Positions 1 to 9,679 of a stretch of DNA of 64,000 nucleotides are shown in pieces. Under the pieces are notes generated by a model. That model saw only the letters and a program-made list of their open reading frames with translations, was not told the DNA's origin and made no database searches. Source of the stretch: a phage; sequence record PZ445432.1. The stretch is one strand, 5' to 3'. Every line of letters starts with the position of its first letter. The first letter of the stretch is position 1. The translations under genes and the position numbers were made by a program.

Positions 1-39
1 TTCTTGGCAACGTTTAATAAAGTCTTTTACATTAGTCAT

Positions 40-312
40 TTATTCTGCCTCATAGTACGTGGGTTGTCTGGTAGATCCGTGCCACGTATAATTTTTGCAA
101 AGATGCAAATATGTAGTTTTTACTAGCCTATCCGATAATGGAGAGTATATTTCAGCTATTAATACTTCTTTTTCGTAATAAAGTGAAATCAGTTTATACC
201 CAGCTCTAGTTTTAGTATACTTTTCCCCATTAATCTTTTCCTCCCACATGAGTATGAGAGGCTGTCCGATATATGGAAAAGGTTTAAGTGTACTTATATG
301 TATCTTTTTCAC
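40..312 (-). CDS. hypothetical protein
   Basis: ORF from track; conserved early promoter copy immediately upstream on minus strand (340-376). Confidence 0.5.
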   Translation of the reverse strand: MKKIHISTLKPFPYIGQPLILMWEEKINGEKYTKTRAGYKLISLYYEKEVLIAEIYSPLSDRLVKTTYLHLCKNYTWHGSTRQPTYYEAE

Positions 313-339
313 TTTGCAACCCTCTCATTAATTTATATA

Positions 340-376
340 AATATTATATAACAAAACTGAGTTGAAAGCAAATACA
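340..376 (-). promoter_or_regulatory. conserved early sigma70 promoter (TTGCTT -35 / TATAAT -10 family)
   Basis: minus-strand reading gives tatttgctttc ... tatataat upstream of ORF 40-312. Confidence 0.5.
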
Positions 377-398
377 TTTATAAAGAAAAAGCCAAGAA

Positions 399-707
399 CT
401 AGGCATTCTTGGCTTTGAGTTCTTCAGCTCGTTTCTGTACTTCATGTAAAACCTCAGATTCGCTAAGAATCTGTGTAAACGCATAGAAAAGCTGTGATGT
501 TGTTTCTAGGGTGTAAGGAAAAGAGAAGCCAGATTTCGTTGGAAACCATTCATCATTAATATCAAGAAGCCAGTAACGAATACCCATGTATAGATTCCCA
601 CGAAATTCAGATACTGTTAATCTTACTTGTTCCCCCTCCCTCTCCCAAAGTATGATGGACTGGTCATCAACGTGTCCTTCATAGTTTTGATTTACCTGTT
701 CGCTCAT
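399..707 (-). CDS. hypothetical protein
   Basis: ORF from track, same orientation as neighbours. Confidence 0.5.
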   Translation of the reverse strand: MSEQVNQNYEGHVDDQSIILWEREGEQVRLTVSEFRGNLYMGIRYWLLDINDEWFPTKSGFSFPYTLETTSQLFYAFTQILSESEVLHEVQKRAEELKAKNA

Positions 708-757
708 TTACATATCCCAAATACACAAAAAGCCCCATATAGGGGCTAATTGTTTTC

Positions 758-1054
758 TTATCGGCCTACTGGAGAAGCACGATCTAACTCTGATTGGAGG
801 CTAGTCACACGACGAACTTTCTCAACAGGAATAAAACGGAAGCTATCATTAGTACGAGAGAAGACAAGGATTTCGTCATCTTTTGGTTGACGGATACGTT
901 CGCGTTTAATACGCTCCGCCAGATATTTATCTTGGGCCGGATCAAATTCCATTGTACCCTGAAGATATGTGGTTCCTTTCTGACGAAGTTTCTCGTAATG
1001 AAGATAAAACTCACCAAATTTTTCACACTGTGCAATAATTTCAGCTTTAGTCAT
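758..1054 (-). CDS. hypothetical protein
   Basis: ORF from track; overlapping plus-strand ORFs judged spurious. Confidence 0.5.
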   Translation of the reverse strand: MTKAEIIAQCEKFGEFYLHYEKLRQKGTTYLQGTMEFDPAQDKYLAERIKRERIRQPKDDEILVFSRTNDSFRFIPVEKVRRVTSLQSELDRASPVGR

Positions 1055-1090
1055 AGCTATAGTTCCTTTTGTTGGTGGATTTATCTAAAA

Positions 1091-1501
1091 TTATTTAGTG
1101 ATGGCTCGAATTGCTTCTGCCAGATGAGCAGCCGCTTTACCGGTCAGTTTGTCGATAATTGCATCATCCAGAAAATCTGGTGCTAAGCCAGCGTCAGAGA
1201 ATGCTGAGCGAAGGTCAGCATGAGCTTGGGCTTTGGAGGTACGAGAACCACCAGAGGCTTTTTCTGCAGTAGATGCGCTAGATTTAGAAGCAGAGCCAGC
1301 AGCTTTCTTGATATACACACCTGCTTTAGTCAGCTTCATACGAAAACCGTTCGGAGTTACACCATTTTCCTGGGCAATTTCGCTAACAATTTCCATGCTA
1401 ACATTCGGACGTTCATCCTCTGGGAATTGCTCCATACGAGCAACGTATTCGGAAGACATTTTTTCGAACAGTTCATCAGTCCACTGAGTTGGAGTAGTCA
1501 T
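1091..1501 (-). CDS. hypothetical protein (Ser/Ala-rich linker)
   Basis: ORF from track. Confidence 0.5.
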   Translation of the reverse strand: MTTPTQWTDELFEKMSSEYVARMEQFPEDERPNVSMEIVSEIAQENGVTPNGFRMKLTKAGVYIKKAAGSASKSSASTAEKASGGSRTSKAQAHADLRSAFSDAGLAPDFLDDAIIDKLTGKAAAHLAEAIRAITK

Positions 1502-1604
1502 ATTTTATATTTCCTTAATTAAGAATTAAACAGAATAGTTCTTTCAAACTATGAGAATATTATATCAAGAATTATAGGATTAAGCAACTGAAATTTTTAA
1601 GTAG

Positions 1605-1880
1605 TTACTCCACCAGGCCAACAGCGAGCATATCATCAATGCTGGCAACCTCCCAATCGTCCGCAATAGCTTCGCATACTGTTAATGAAACAACCTCGCT
1701 ATATGGATAGTTACCGGCTACCCAGGTATGCTGAGTAGCTACATCTGAGTCAGCATCTAAAGTTAATAACACTAAGCCGTTATTATCGTTATCCCAGCTT
1801 CTACGATATAGCGTTTTTACTTCCCCATCTTTAAGTAAATCAGTTAGTCTACTCACTACGTTTTCCTTTTTCTTTATCAA
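1605..1880 (-). CDS. hypothetical protein
   Basis: ORF from track. Confidence 0.45.
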   Translation of the reverse strand: MIKKKENVVSRLTDLLKDGEVKTLYRRSWDNDNNGLVLLTLDADSDVATQHTWVAGNYPYSEVVSLTVCEAIADDWEVASIDDMLAVGLVE

Positions 1881-2553
1881 GTTTCAAGGCAGCCTTAACA
1901 GCTTCGTTAATCAGTGTGATAACTTCTTCCCGGGACCATTTATACCCCAGAGATTTTACGTCTACCCCCAGCTTTTCCAGATGCTTTACAGAAGCCAATT
2001 CATAATTCATATAATGAACGTTCTGTTGTTTGCCTTCTGATAGAAGCCATACACGGTAGCAACCAACAGGATTATCCATTGCTTTTTTGATTTCACCGAT
2101 ACACTGGTATCCAGGAACCCAAACAAGCTCACCTACCTCAAATTCTTCTGCTACAGCATCATCAGGAATAATTGGTGGATTCAATGGATCTACAATATCA
2201 TTCAAACGAAGCAGAGCACCATATCGTTCCAGAACAGATTTAACCATTGCTACAGAGCGGTAATTACGATCGGCAATCTCTTCAAAAGAATCGCCAGATA
2301 GATACTGTTCAATAACGTTGGCTAACTCAATACCTTCAATGAGTGTACCACGTTTCTTTTTCTTCATTTCGGCAACTTGAATCTGGCGGTCTTGCCACTC
2401 TTCAATCATCCTTTCCATAGTTGGATTGGATGATACACCGAGCATTTCACATGCTGCTTTCTTAGTACCACCGTTCTCCAGATGCTCTATAACTTTTTTA
2501 AAGACTTCATCCGGGATTTCATGGATGTGTTTCTTTCTGCGAGAACCAGCCAT
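1849..2553 (-). CDS. putative helix-turn-helix DNA-binding protein
   Basis: N-terminal HTH-like segment GGTKKAACEMLGVS; sits directly downstream of the PN25-like promoter. Confidence 0.55.
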   Translation of the reverse strand: MAGSRRKKHIHEIPDEVFKKVIEHLENGGTKKAACEMLGVSSNPTMERMIEEWQDRQIQVAEMKKKKRGTLIEGIELANVIEQYLSGDSFEEIADRNYRSVAMVKSVLERYGALLRLNDIVDPLNPPIIPDDAVAEEFEVGELVWVPGYQCIGEIKKAMDNPVGCYRVWLLSEGKQQNVHYMNYELASVKHLEKLGVDVKSLGYKWSREEVITLINEAVKAALKLDKEKGKRSE

Positions 2554-2577
2554 ATTTAAACTCCTCTCTCAAATTTA

Positions 2578-2625
2578 TGAATCTATTATACAGAAAAATT
2601 TTCCTGAAAGCAAATAAATTTTTTA
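2578..2625 (-). promoter_or_regulatory. strong early promoter, matches T5 PN25 as recalled
   Basis: minus strand reads aaaaatttatttgctttcaggaaaatttttctgtataatagattcataaatttgagagaggag. Confidence 0.7.
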
Positions 2626-2865
2626 TGATTCTTTGAGCAAAGAAGAAAGTTCAGCATATACTTTATCTAACTCAAACCCTATGCGAAGAGATACGTTAGT
2701 CCTCCGTTGTTTAAGTAACCACTCGGATATGTTAGGGATGCCAGCTAGTCTAGCAGGAACCACCCTACATAGCTTCTCCGAAGTATCATAAACAGGGACT
2801 TTACGTTCTTTTACTGGAAACTTCCTTGTTTCCCATTTTTTATTCTTCACTGTCATTTCTAGCAC
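2623..2865 (-). CDS. hypothetical protein
   Basis: ORF from track. Confidence 0.4.
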   Translation of the reverse strand: MLEMTVKNKKWETRKFPVKERKVPVYDTSEKLCRVVPARLAGIPNISEWLLKQRRTNVSLRIGFELDKVYAELSSLLKES

Positions 2866-5827
2866 CTAGCTCTGACATTGCTTCTTCTGCCATAGCCTTC
2901 TCTTCCTCTGTCATGAATTTGAAAGGAATTGGCATACACTCGATTTTACAATAGGTTCTGTACCAGTCTACGATATTCTCCGTGTTCATATCTTTACCAA
3001 TACCCATCATACCAAGATACATTCTAGCATATTTTGGGTTAGCACTCTGGCCTGTTTTAAGGAAGAAATCCTTTTTCTTACCTTTTAGAGCTTCTATGAA
3101 TGGTTTAATGGTTACATTTGAACACTTCTTAATGTCTTCCCAGAACATCTCGTGCATCTTATGAAAGAATGCAGCTCGATCATTTGGTTTATCTTTGATA
3201 TATTGTTCAACATGCTCAACTGTTACATCTTTAATAGACTCAAGATGATAATAGCGAACAATAAGTAGTTTAGCTTCATACGCATCAGCATGACGTGGAG
3301 CACAATAATCCGGAGTTGAATGTAGAATAGCTTTGATTCGCTCTTCTGTGTACTCTTTACCAGCACCTTCAATAGTTCCCCAGCTTTCACTGAAAATATC
3401 AATAGTTGCACCCTGATCAAGCAAGTAATAACGTAAAGTACTAGTATAGTTCCTAGATTCCAGCTCCCTGCGACGTGCGTATAATTGCTGTGCTAACTCC
3501 AGCCAACCCTCATCAATGTTATACTGTTCAGAACCTGCGGAGAATCCACTCGTAGATTTATCAATAAAATAATAAATGTTCTGAGCGCCACGGTCGCGCC
3601 TGATTGCTTGGAAACGCATGTTTGGCGCTTGATTACTGGTTCTAGTAATAACAAATACGTTATCAAAATAGTTGAAGTCAACTCCACTCGTTACGGATGG
3701 ACTACATAATAAGCAATCAATTTGTTGATCAATTAGCTCATTAGTTGTGTAATCCAGAATACGTCTAATATCCACATCTGATGTGGAGTTTGAGTGGATT
3801 TCCTTAACTAACGCACCAGTATTACGACGTAGTGCCATGCCCTTCTCATTCAGCTCATCAGGGCCACAATCAGATACTAGAATAGATTTCTCACCCATCT
3901 CTAGAGAAGTCTGAAGTGCAACCCAAATACTGGATTCATCGGGGAACTCATAAGCGTGAGCTTTTGACAGCATTTTACGGTGATGATTATAAAATGCTAC
4001 TGGTTTATCGAACTCAATCAAAGAACCATATGCTTCAATTGTTTCAGCACTAATATCACCATCGGATAGTATAATGATTTTTGCAGTTGCAAGAATATCA
4101 CGAAGAACCTGAATACACTCGCGACGTTGCTTAACAACTGGGGCGAATAATAGGTCATTCATTACTGCATCACATTCATCGATAAAGATTGCATCAATTT
4201 GACCAATAAAACTCTTAAACTTATGTAAAGAGTGGATAGTTGTGGACATACGGTCAATAGCACCACGCTTAAAATTAAGCATATCTACAGACTTATCATA
4301 TTGTCCTGCACTAAATTTCTTGGCATTTGAAGACACCAGTGCCCTAGTATTGGTAATTGCTAAGAAATTACCTTTAATAACTCCTGAATCTAACCAACGC
4401 ACAACTGCCGTGGTTTTACCTGTACCTAGACTTGCTTTTACAAAAGTCATATAACCTTCTGGTGGTACAGTGTTTAATTTCAAGAAGTTATCAGTTTCTA
4501 GAGAATTAGTTTCTAATTTTTTAAGTGGAACACCTTTTAATACTTCTGGGATCTCACGCTTAGAGTTATTAACAAAGGCTTTTAATGCCTGTTTTCGACC
4601 GTTATTAAAATAATCTTGAATATTACGACTATTATCTTTAGTTGCAATATACTCAGATAAAGCTGGGCGGATCTCCTTCTCTAGCCAACCAAAATCTACA
4701 CCATCCTCTAACGCTCGGTGATATAGCTTTGGAATAATACGTAGATATACACCATCCTCAGCCTCTTCTAACTCGCTAATGGTTTCTTCTACTTTATCAG
4801 AAGCAATCTTTTTGCCTTTAATTTGATCGAGTAAAGAGTAGAATTCCTCTTTAAACTCCCCTCTAGTTGTTTCATAGTCAACCAGATTATTAGGTAAATT
4901 TACTTTAGAACCCTTAACAAATACCAGACGTGAAGCACCCTCCGCTTTAAACGGATCAACTATACCATCAGTAAATAAAGGATCTGCAAAGTAATGGAGC
5001 TGTACGGAAGAGTAATAAGCTAAGTCGGCAATATCAAAGCCATACTTTTGTCTACTACTTTCATTGATAGATGTAAATAAGAACTTGATCTGACCCTGTG
5101 TAACTTTAACATTAGATTCTAGTATTAAGTGCATTCGGATACCTGGTTTTAGTCCAGCCGAAGACGATGCATGAGCAATAAACCCTGCATCAAGAGGAAA
5201 CATATCCTCACTAATACTATTCAACATTCTAATAATATGACGCGCCATGCCAACAAGATCAAACTTGTTACAACCTCCTGTATCTACAATACCATCCACG
5301 TCCATTGCAATTATATGACTTGGGTTAGATACATTAAAGTTGTCCTTCTTACGCCGCACATTATTTTTAGGTGCAAGACATCGACCTCGTACCGCAACGA
5401 TATGGGGGTCAGACGTTAAACGTCTCATAAGAGGGAGCATTTCTACTAGGGTTTGAGGATCAACTTCATCAATTACATCAAACTTGAAGGGCATTGAAGC
5501 TGGTTTACCTTCAGGATGCTTTGAGGAAAATCTTTTAGCAAAAAGATAATCTTCTGCTTTAACTTCTCGCCAATTGCCCGTGGCTAAATCGCGATGAAAT
5601 CCTGCATGACCTTGTAGGATTGAGAACACAACAATACTCCTGTGTTGGAAATGAAATAAGTTTTCTTTAGGACTATTCAGAAAGAATAGAACAACTGTTA
5701 CTGTCAATTTCTCAACAATTAATCGCAAATACTGAAGTGGGGTGGCAACTTCCACTTTCACGCTGCGCTGCTGCCTCATTATACCGCACAAATCCTTGAG
5801 GATGGCCGCTAAGCCGGATTTGCTCAC
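2840..5827 (-). CDS. putative SF2 helicase / replication origin-binding-like ATPase
   Basis: Walker A LGTGKTT, DExD-like IFIDECD, motif VI-like QAIRRDRG; N-terminal ~110 aa look non-protein-like, true start may be the internal ATG at 5494. Confidence 0.65.
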   Translation of the reverse strand: MSKSGLAAILKDLCGIMRQQRSVKVEVATPLQYLRLIVEKLTVTVVLFFLNSPKENLFHFQHRSIVVFSILQGHAGFHRDLATGNWREVKAEDYLFAKRFSSKHPEGKPASMPFKFDVIDEVDPQTLVEMLPLMRRLTSDPHIVAVRGRCLAPKNNVRRKKDNFNVSNPSHIIAMDVDGIVDTGGCNKFDLVGMARHIIRMLNSISEDMFPLDAGFIAHASSSAGLKPGIRMHLILESNVKVTQGQIKFLFTSINESSRQKYGFDIADLAYYSSVQLHYFADPLFTDGIVDPFKAEGASRLVFVKGSKVNLPNNLVDYETTRGEFKEEFYSLLDQIKGKKIASDKVEETISELEEAEDGVYLRIIPKLYHRALEDGVDFGWLEKEIRPALSEYIATKDNSRNIQDYFNNGRKQALKAFVNNSKREIPEVLKGVPLKKLETNSLETDNFLKLNTVPPEGYMTFVKASLGTGKTTAVVRWLDSGVIKGNFLAITNTRALVSSNAKKFSAGQYDKSVDMLNFKRGAIDRMSTTIHSLHKFKSFIGQIDAIFIDECDAVMNDLLFAPVVKQRRECIQVLRDILATAKIIILSDGDISAETIEAYGSLIEFDKPVAFYNHHRKMLSKAHAYEFPDESSIWVALQTSLEMGEKSILVSDCGPDELNEKGMALRRNTGALVKEIHSNSTSDVDIRRILDYTTNELIDQQIDCLLCSPSVTSGVDFNYFDNVFVITRTSNQAPNMRFQAIRRDRGAQNIYYFIDKSTSGFSAGSEQYNIDEGWLELAQQLYARRRELESRNYTSTLRYYLLDQGATIDIFSESWGTIEGAGKEYTEERIKAILHSTPDYCAPRHADAYEAKLLIVRYYHLESIKDVTVEHVEQYIKDKPNDRAAFFHKMHEMFWEDIKKCSNVTIKPFIEALKGKKKDFFLKTGQSANPKYARMYLGMMGIGKDMNTENIVDWYRTYCKIECMPIPFKFMTEEEKAMAEEAMSELGARNDSEE

Positions 5828-6330
5828 CTAATGCTTCATATACTAGCTCATACTAGATGCAATATAACTTACAGAATCACGTCTCGGTAGTTTTTCACTC
5901 CTCCCATCTCACTTCACAACCACCTCATACTAGGTTGCTTCGAGGCCTTACCAGGGTTCCTATGGGACGCAGATCGCTAAGTATTCTATTAACTATTTGT
6001 TTAAAAACTAACACGTAACAGTTAAAACAACCCTTAATGGGGCAGCCTAACTGTTCCGTATCGCGGATTGTAAACAAGAAAAAACTTTTTCGTAAAGCTC
6101 TAGCAACGTACCTTATGCAGCTATTTACGGGTCATCGATTCCTCTCGCCGTAAATCCATTGTCAGCTTCACTAAGAAAAATTAGCAAAATCAATTTTTAC
6201 TAATGTCTCTCAATTCAATATAAATATTATAGCAAGATTTTGAGCATCATGCAAGTAAATTTTTAAGGAGAATGCTATCAGTGTCTTTGAGCACAGTGAA
6301 AACCGAGCCAAAATGACTCGGTTATGTGGA

Positions 6331-6525
6331 TTAGACACTTAAAATACTTCTAATCTCTTCTATATACTTATCTACTTTTTTAGCATCTATTTTACTTAGT
6401 TTTCCTATATCAAAATCAGGATCAGTCAAATATCTTGCCATAAATTTTACTTGTTTAGCTGAAAGTTGACCCTTATTCCACTTTTTAATTTTACCATAAC
6501 ATACCCAATATTCTTTATTCATCAT
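6331..6525 (-). CDS. hypothetical protein
   Basis: ORF from track. Confidence 0.4.
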   Translation of the reverse strand: MMNKEYWVCYGKIKKWNKGQLSAKQVKFMARYLTDPDFDIGKLSKIDAKKVDKYIEEIRSILSV

Positions 6526-6907
6526 TTAGTCCCGAAACATAAATCCCAACACGGTTTAATTGTTCTTTGGCTTCTTTGAGAATATCTGGAGTGTACTCCC
6601 AAATATCATCTTCCACCTGTAAAAGATGGGGCGAACAACCGTCATCGGGCACACGACATATGGCCAAACCACGTGGATGGAACAAAGAGAAATTTAGTGC
6701 AACAATTAAACCCATAGCAGACAACTCATTCCAATCCAATTCCCATTCCCTAGCGTAGCCTGATAGGAAAACACCAATACAGGGATCGTCTATTTGCTGC
6801 TCCGGAAAAGTAAAGGAGGCTTGTCTTACCCCCAACCAACGTTGTAGCAGCTTCTCCGCACGCTTCACCAAACTAGGATCAATCTGACGCCAATATACTT
6901 GTTCCAT
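6515..6907 (-). CDS. hypothetical protein (paralog of 6917-7345)
   Basis: shares CIGVFL...W.EL.AMGL..ALN..LF.P block with the adjacent ORF. Confidence 0.5.
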   Translation of the reverse strand: MEQVYWRQIDPSLVKRAEKLLQRWLGVRQASFTFPEQQIDDPCIGVFLSGYAREWELDWNELSAMGLIVALNFSLFHPRGLAICRVPDDGCSPHLLQVEDDIWEYTPDILKEAKEQLNRVGIYVSGLNDE

Positions 6908-6916
6908 TGTGCCACC

Positions 6917-7345
6917 TTAGGCAGTTAAACCAGGAATTTGATAACCAAAACGACGAAGTTTCTGGATACCATCATTTACTTCTTCCGGTGAGTAAGACCA
7001 ACCGTAATGTTCATCAACTTGAAAGCCAGGAGATTCACTGGTTTTATAGTTAACAACAATACGGTGTTTATTGGGCATAAATAGCTTATAGTTTAATGCA
7101 AAAACCAACCCCATTTCATCCAGCTCTTTCCAGCCGACAATCTCTTCCAGACCATCCTCTACCTGCACAACTAGACCAATACACGGGGCCTCATCAATAT
7201 CATCTTTAAAAGCAAAGGAGATTTCATTATTTTCACACCATATTTTCAAGGAGTTAATAGTCTCATTATACAGGCTAGCTGGGAGAGTACGCCAGAAGTT
7301 AACCAAAATTGGATTAGCTTCTTTAGAGAATACATTATTGAACAT
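6917..7345 (-). CDS. hypothetical protein (paralog of 6515-6907)
   Basis: CIGLVVQ...WKELDEMGLVFALNYKLFMP similar to neighbour. Confidence 0.5.
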   Translation of the reverse strand: MFNNVFSKEANPILVNFWRTLPASLYNETINSLKIWCENNEISFAFKDDIDEAPCIGLVVQVEDGLEEIVGWKELDEMGLVFALNYKLFMPNKHRIVVNYKTSESPGFQVDEHYGWSYSPEEVNDGIQKLRRFGYQIPGLTA

Positions 7346-7347
7346 AT

Positions 7348-7854
7348 TTACACCTTAAGTTGTTGTAGGGCTTTACACATTTCAAGATCTGGACTAAATT
7401 CTAGCATATAGCTAACAGCCATTAAATCTTGAAGGTTTATTCCAGTTCTACCGTTGACTATAACCGTTGGATACTGGTACATCATAGCACCAGCGTCATC
7501 CAGCACACACCAATGTTTGAGCTTATGCTTTTCAACGAAGCGAAGAACAGAATTACCCCTAGATAGCCCACCACCAGTAAAATCCGTTGTACCAAGAAAA
7601 CGATCAATAAGATCTAATCTGGTCATAATCTGAACGTTCTCCATCTCATTCCTGACAGAGAACCATGAAGATACCCCAACAATCATTATTGGAGAAGGAC
7701 GAATAAAGTCCTGAAAAGCCTTGAGAAGCGGCTTAAAAACCCAGTCACTTCCAAAGAAAATCTTTTCATCATCAGGTGCATGATGGTGGGAGATGCTCGA
7801 ATTAAGCACCCCATCGATGTCTAGAAAAATAATTGGAGTATTACTTATTTCCAT
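7348..7854 (-). CDS. HAD-superfamily phosphatase-like protein
   Basis: N-terminal FLDIDGVL motif (DxDG nucleophile motif of HAD hydrolases). Confidence 0.55.
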   Translation of the reverse strand: MEISNTPIIFLDIDGVLNSSISHHHAPDDEKIFFGSDWVFKPLLKAFQDFIRPSPIMIVGVSSWFSVRNEMENVQIMTRLDLIDRFLGTTDFTGGGLSRGNSVLRFVEKHKLKHWCVLDDAGAMMYQYPTVIVNGRTGINLQDLMAVSYMLEFSPDLEMCKALQQLKV

Positions 7855-8023
7855 TTCTGTTCCTTTCTAAGAACGTATCATACTCAACCGTATCAACATA
7901 TATGACACCATAGTCATCGGATTTATAGTCCATTTCCCATAGCTCACATCGATAGCACCAACTACCATCCGCCCATACAAATATATCATCGGGATGTGTA
8001 TACACAGATTTAACTATGGACAT
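7841..8023 (-). CDS. hypothetical protein
   Basis: ORF from track. Confidence 0.35.
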   Translation of the reverse strand: MSIVKSVYTHPDDIFVWADGSWCYRCELWEMDYKSDDYGVIYVDTVEYDTFLERNRNGNK

Positions 8024-8838
8024 ATTTGTTTTCCCGGCATATAAGGTCTACCCTCTAGATGAGCTTCTACACGAGCAATAAAACCAGGATCACTGAAAGC
8101 ATCTACTGCACCTTTACTCCAGTAAGGAATACCACGATCTTCCAGTTGGTACATATCACTACGAGTCATACCTTGATAGCCTGGTTTCGACGCTAGGGCA
8201 CTATCATAGTAGTTAACTACCATAAGTTTCGCAGCAGTCCGATTAAGAACAGGGAATAGTTCCCAGTAGAAGTTAATTACTTGGTTAGAGCAACCAACTA
8301 CAACGATCATATCTTGACTGGTAATACCATCAAAAATATTGTACATTTCTGCGTACGCTGGAGCATGCTCACCAAAAAAGATTACATTAGGTTTAACCCA
8401 TTTATAATCATCTGGGTCAATAGAGTTATACCCAACATCAATAACCCGTTTATTACTACTATTGTAGCTATCAGCTACAACAACCTCTTTTAAATATCCG
8501 TGAATGTGCAGAATATCACTATGTGGAACGCCAGCACGCTCAATAAGGTCATCAACGTTGGTAGTCAAGTTTACTACTTGACCCGGATATTTCTTATACC
8601 ATTCACCAATACGCAAGTGTGCAAGATTAGGTTCAACAGTTTCTAACTCTTCACGCCGCTTGTTGTAAAACATATGGGTTTTATGATAAAAGTTACCACG
8701 AAAGGCGTGAATATTACATACTTCTTCTAGATCATAATCATCCCACAGTGCTTTACCACTAGCAGTATCGGTACGAAAAGCTCGTACACCACTTTCAACG
8801 CTCAAACCTGCACCGCTAATAATAATTAATCTACGCAC
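8014..8838 (-). CDS. Sir2-family NAD-dependent deacetylase-like protein
   Basis: GAGLSVESGVRAFR and TTNVDDL motifs characteristic of sirtuins. Confidence 0.7.
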   Translation of the reverse strand: MRRLIIISGAGLSVESGVRAFRTDTASGKALWDDYDLEEVCNIHAFRGNFYHKTHMFYNKRREELETVEPNLAHLRIGEWYKKYPGQVVNLTTNVDDLIERAGVPHSDILHIHGYLKEVVVADSYNSSNKRVIDVGYNSIDPDDYKWVKPNVIFFGEHAPAYAEMYNIFDGITSQDMIVVVGCSNQVINFYWELFPVLNRTAAKLMVVNYYDSALASKPGYQGMTRSDMYQLEDRGIPYWSKGAVDAFSDPGFIARVEAHLEGRPYMPGKQICP

Positions 8839-9032
8839 TATACGATTCCTCGCTTAAATCCTTCGATAATATTTCGGAGTAAAATTGCTTCCTCCGGGCG
8901 TACCTTCTCTTGCTTAATAAGCATATCCAATCCAGCAATACAACTAGTTACACCAGCATTATAACCAGAGTTCCATTGCTCAATGAGCATGTTTTCTAGA
9001 TTACTTTTTAGATTCTGATTCAAGAAGTCCAT
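8838..9032 (-). CDS. hypothetical protein
   Basis: ORF from track. Confidence 0.4.
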   Translation of the reverse strand: MDFLNQNLKSNLENMLIEQWNSGYNAGVTSCIAGLDMLIKQEKVRPEEAILLRNIIEGFKRGIV

Positions 9033-9225
9033 AAAGTTTCTCCTCTAGTCCCATAATACGATTTTCATAAGAAGCACGCAACTTTTCAATTGCCAGCGCA
9101 CGCACTGTAACCTCATTAGAATTAATAGCTAACTGGGCCAGATCTTCTGTTTCCATACGTCCGTTGTAAATTAAGCGATATTTAAGGTGTTTCACATTCT
9201 TGGTCATTATTAAACTCCACTGCAA
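9001..9225 (-). CDS. hypothetical protein
   Basis: ORF from track. Confidence 0.4.
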   Translation of the reverse strand: MQWSLIMTKNVKHLKYRLIYNGRMETEDLAQLAINSNEVTVRALAIEKLRASYENRIMGLEEKLYGLLESESKK

Positions 9226-9580
9226 CTGTTTCTAGGTCTTCGTCAAAAAAACTAGAGTATGTATCTTTAAGATACTGTTTAATACTCCAAGTAATATCTT
9301 CGTATCCATCTGGACTACGTTGGTATACTTTTAACACTCTATTATACACAAATTCAAGATTACATTTTACTTCATCTCTGTCTTCATCAAACAAGCAATA
9401 TGGGTTATATGGCGATACATCTAGATTTGTTTCCACCCAATCACCAATAACGGTGGGGTATCCAGCACCATCTATATGAGAGTAATCACCTGTGGCAGCA
9501 AAGACAGCCTCAGCAATATCATCCACGCCCAGATGGAAATCACCACATGTAGATTCAACTATATAGGGCTTTAATTCCAT
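9182..9580 (-). CDS. hypothetical acidic protein
   Basis: ORF from track; conserved promoter copy upstream at 9603-9648. Confidence 0.5.
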   Translation of the reverse strand: MELKPYIVESTCGDFHLGVDDIAEAVFAATGDYSHIDGAGYPTVIGDWVETNLDVSPYNPYCLFDEDRDEVKCNLEFVYNRVLKVYQRSPDGYEDITWSIKQYLKDTYSSFFDEDLETVAVEFNNDQECETP

Positions 9581-9602
9581 ATCTTTCTCCTCTCAAATTT
9601 AT

Positions 9603-9648
9603 AAATCTATTATACATAAATTTTTAGCTGAAAGCAAATAAAATAAAA
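9603..9648 (-). promoter_or_regulatory. conserved early sigma70 promoter
   Basis: minus strand: tatttgctttcagc ... tatgtataatagat. Confidence 0.5.
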
Positions 9649-9679
9649 GCCAGGTCGACTAGCAACCCGGCTGATTAGC

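Noticed and set aside
794-1522. Plus-strand ORFs (794-1186, 1220-1522, 1233-1487) overlapping minus-strand genes
   Set aside because: All neighbouring genes with promoter support are on the minus strand; these are antisense artefacts.
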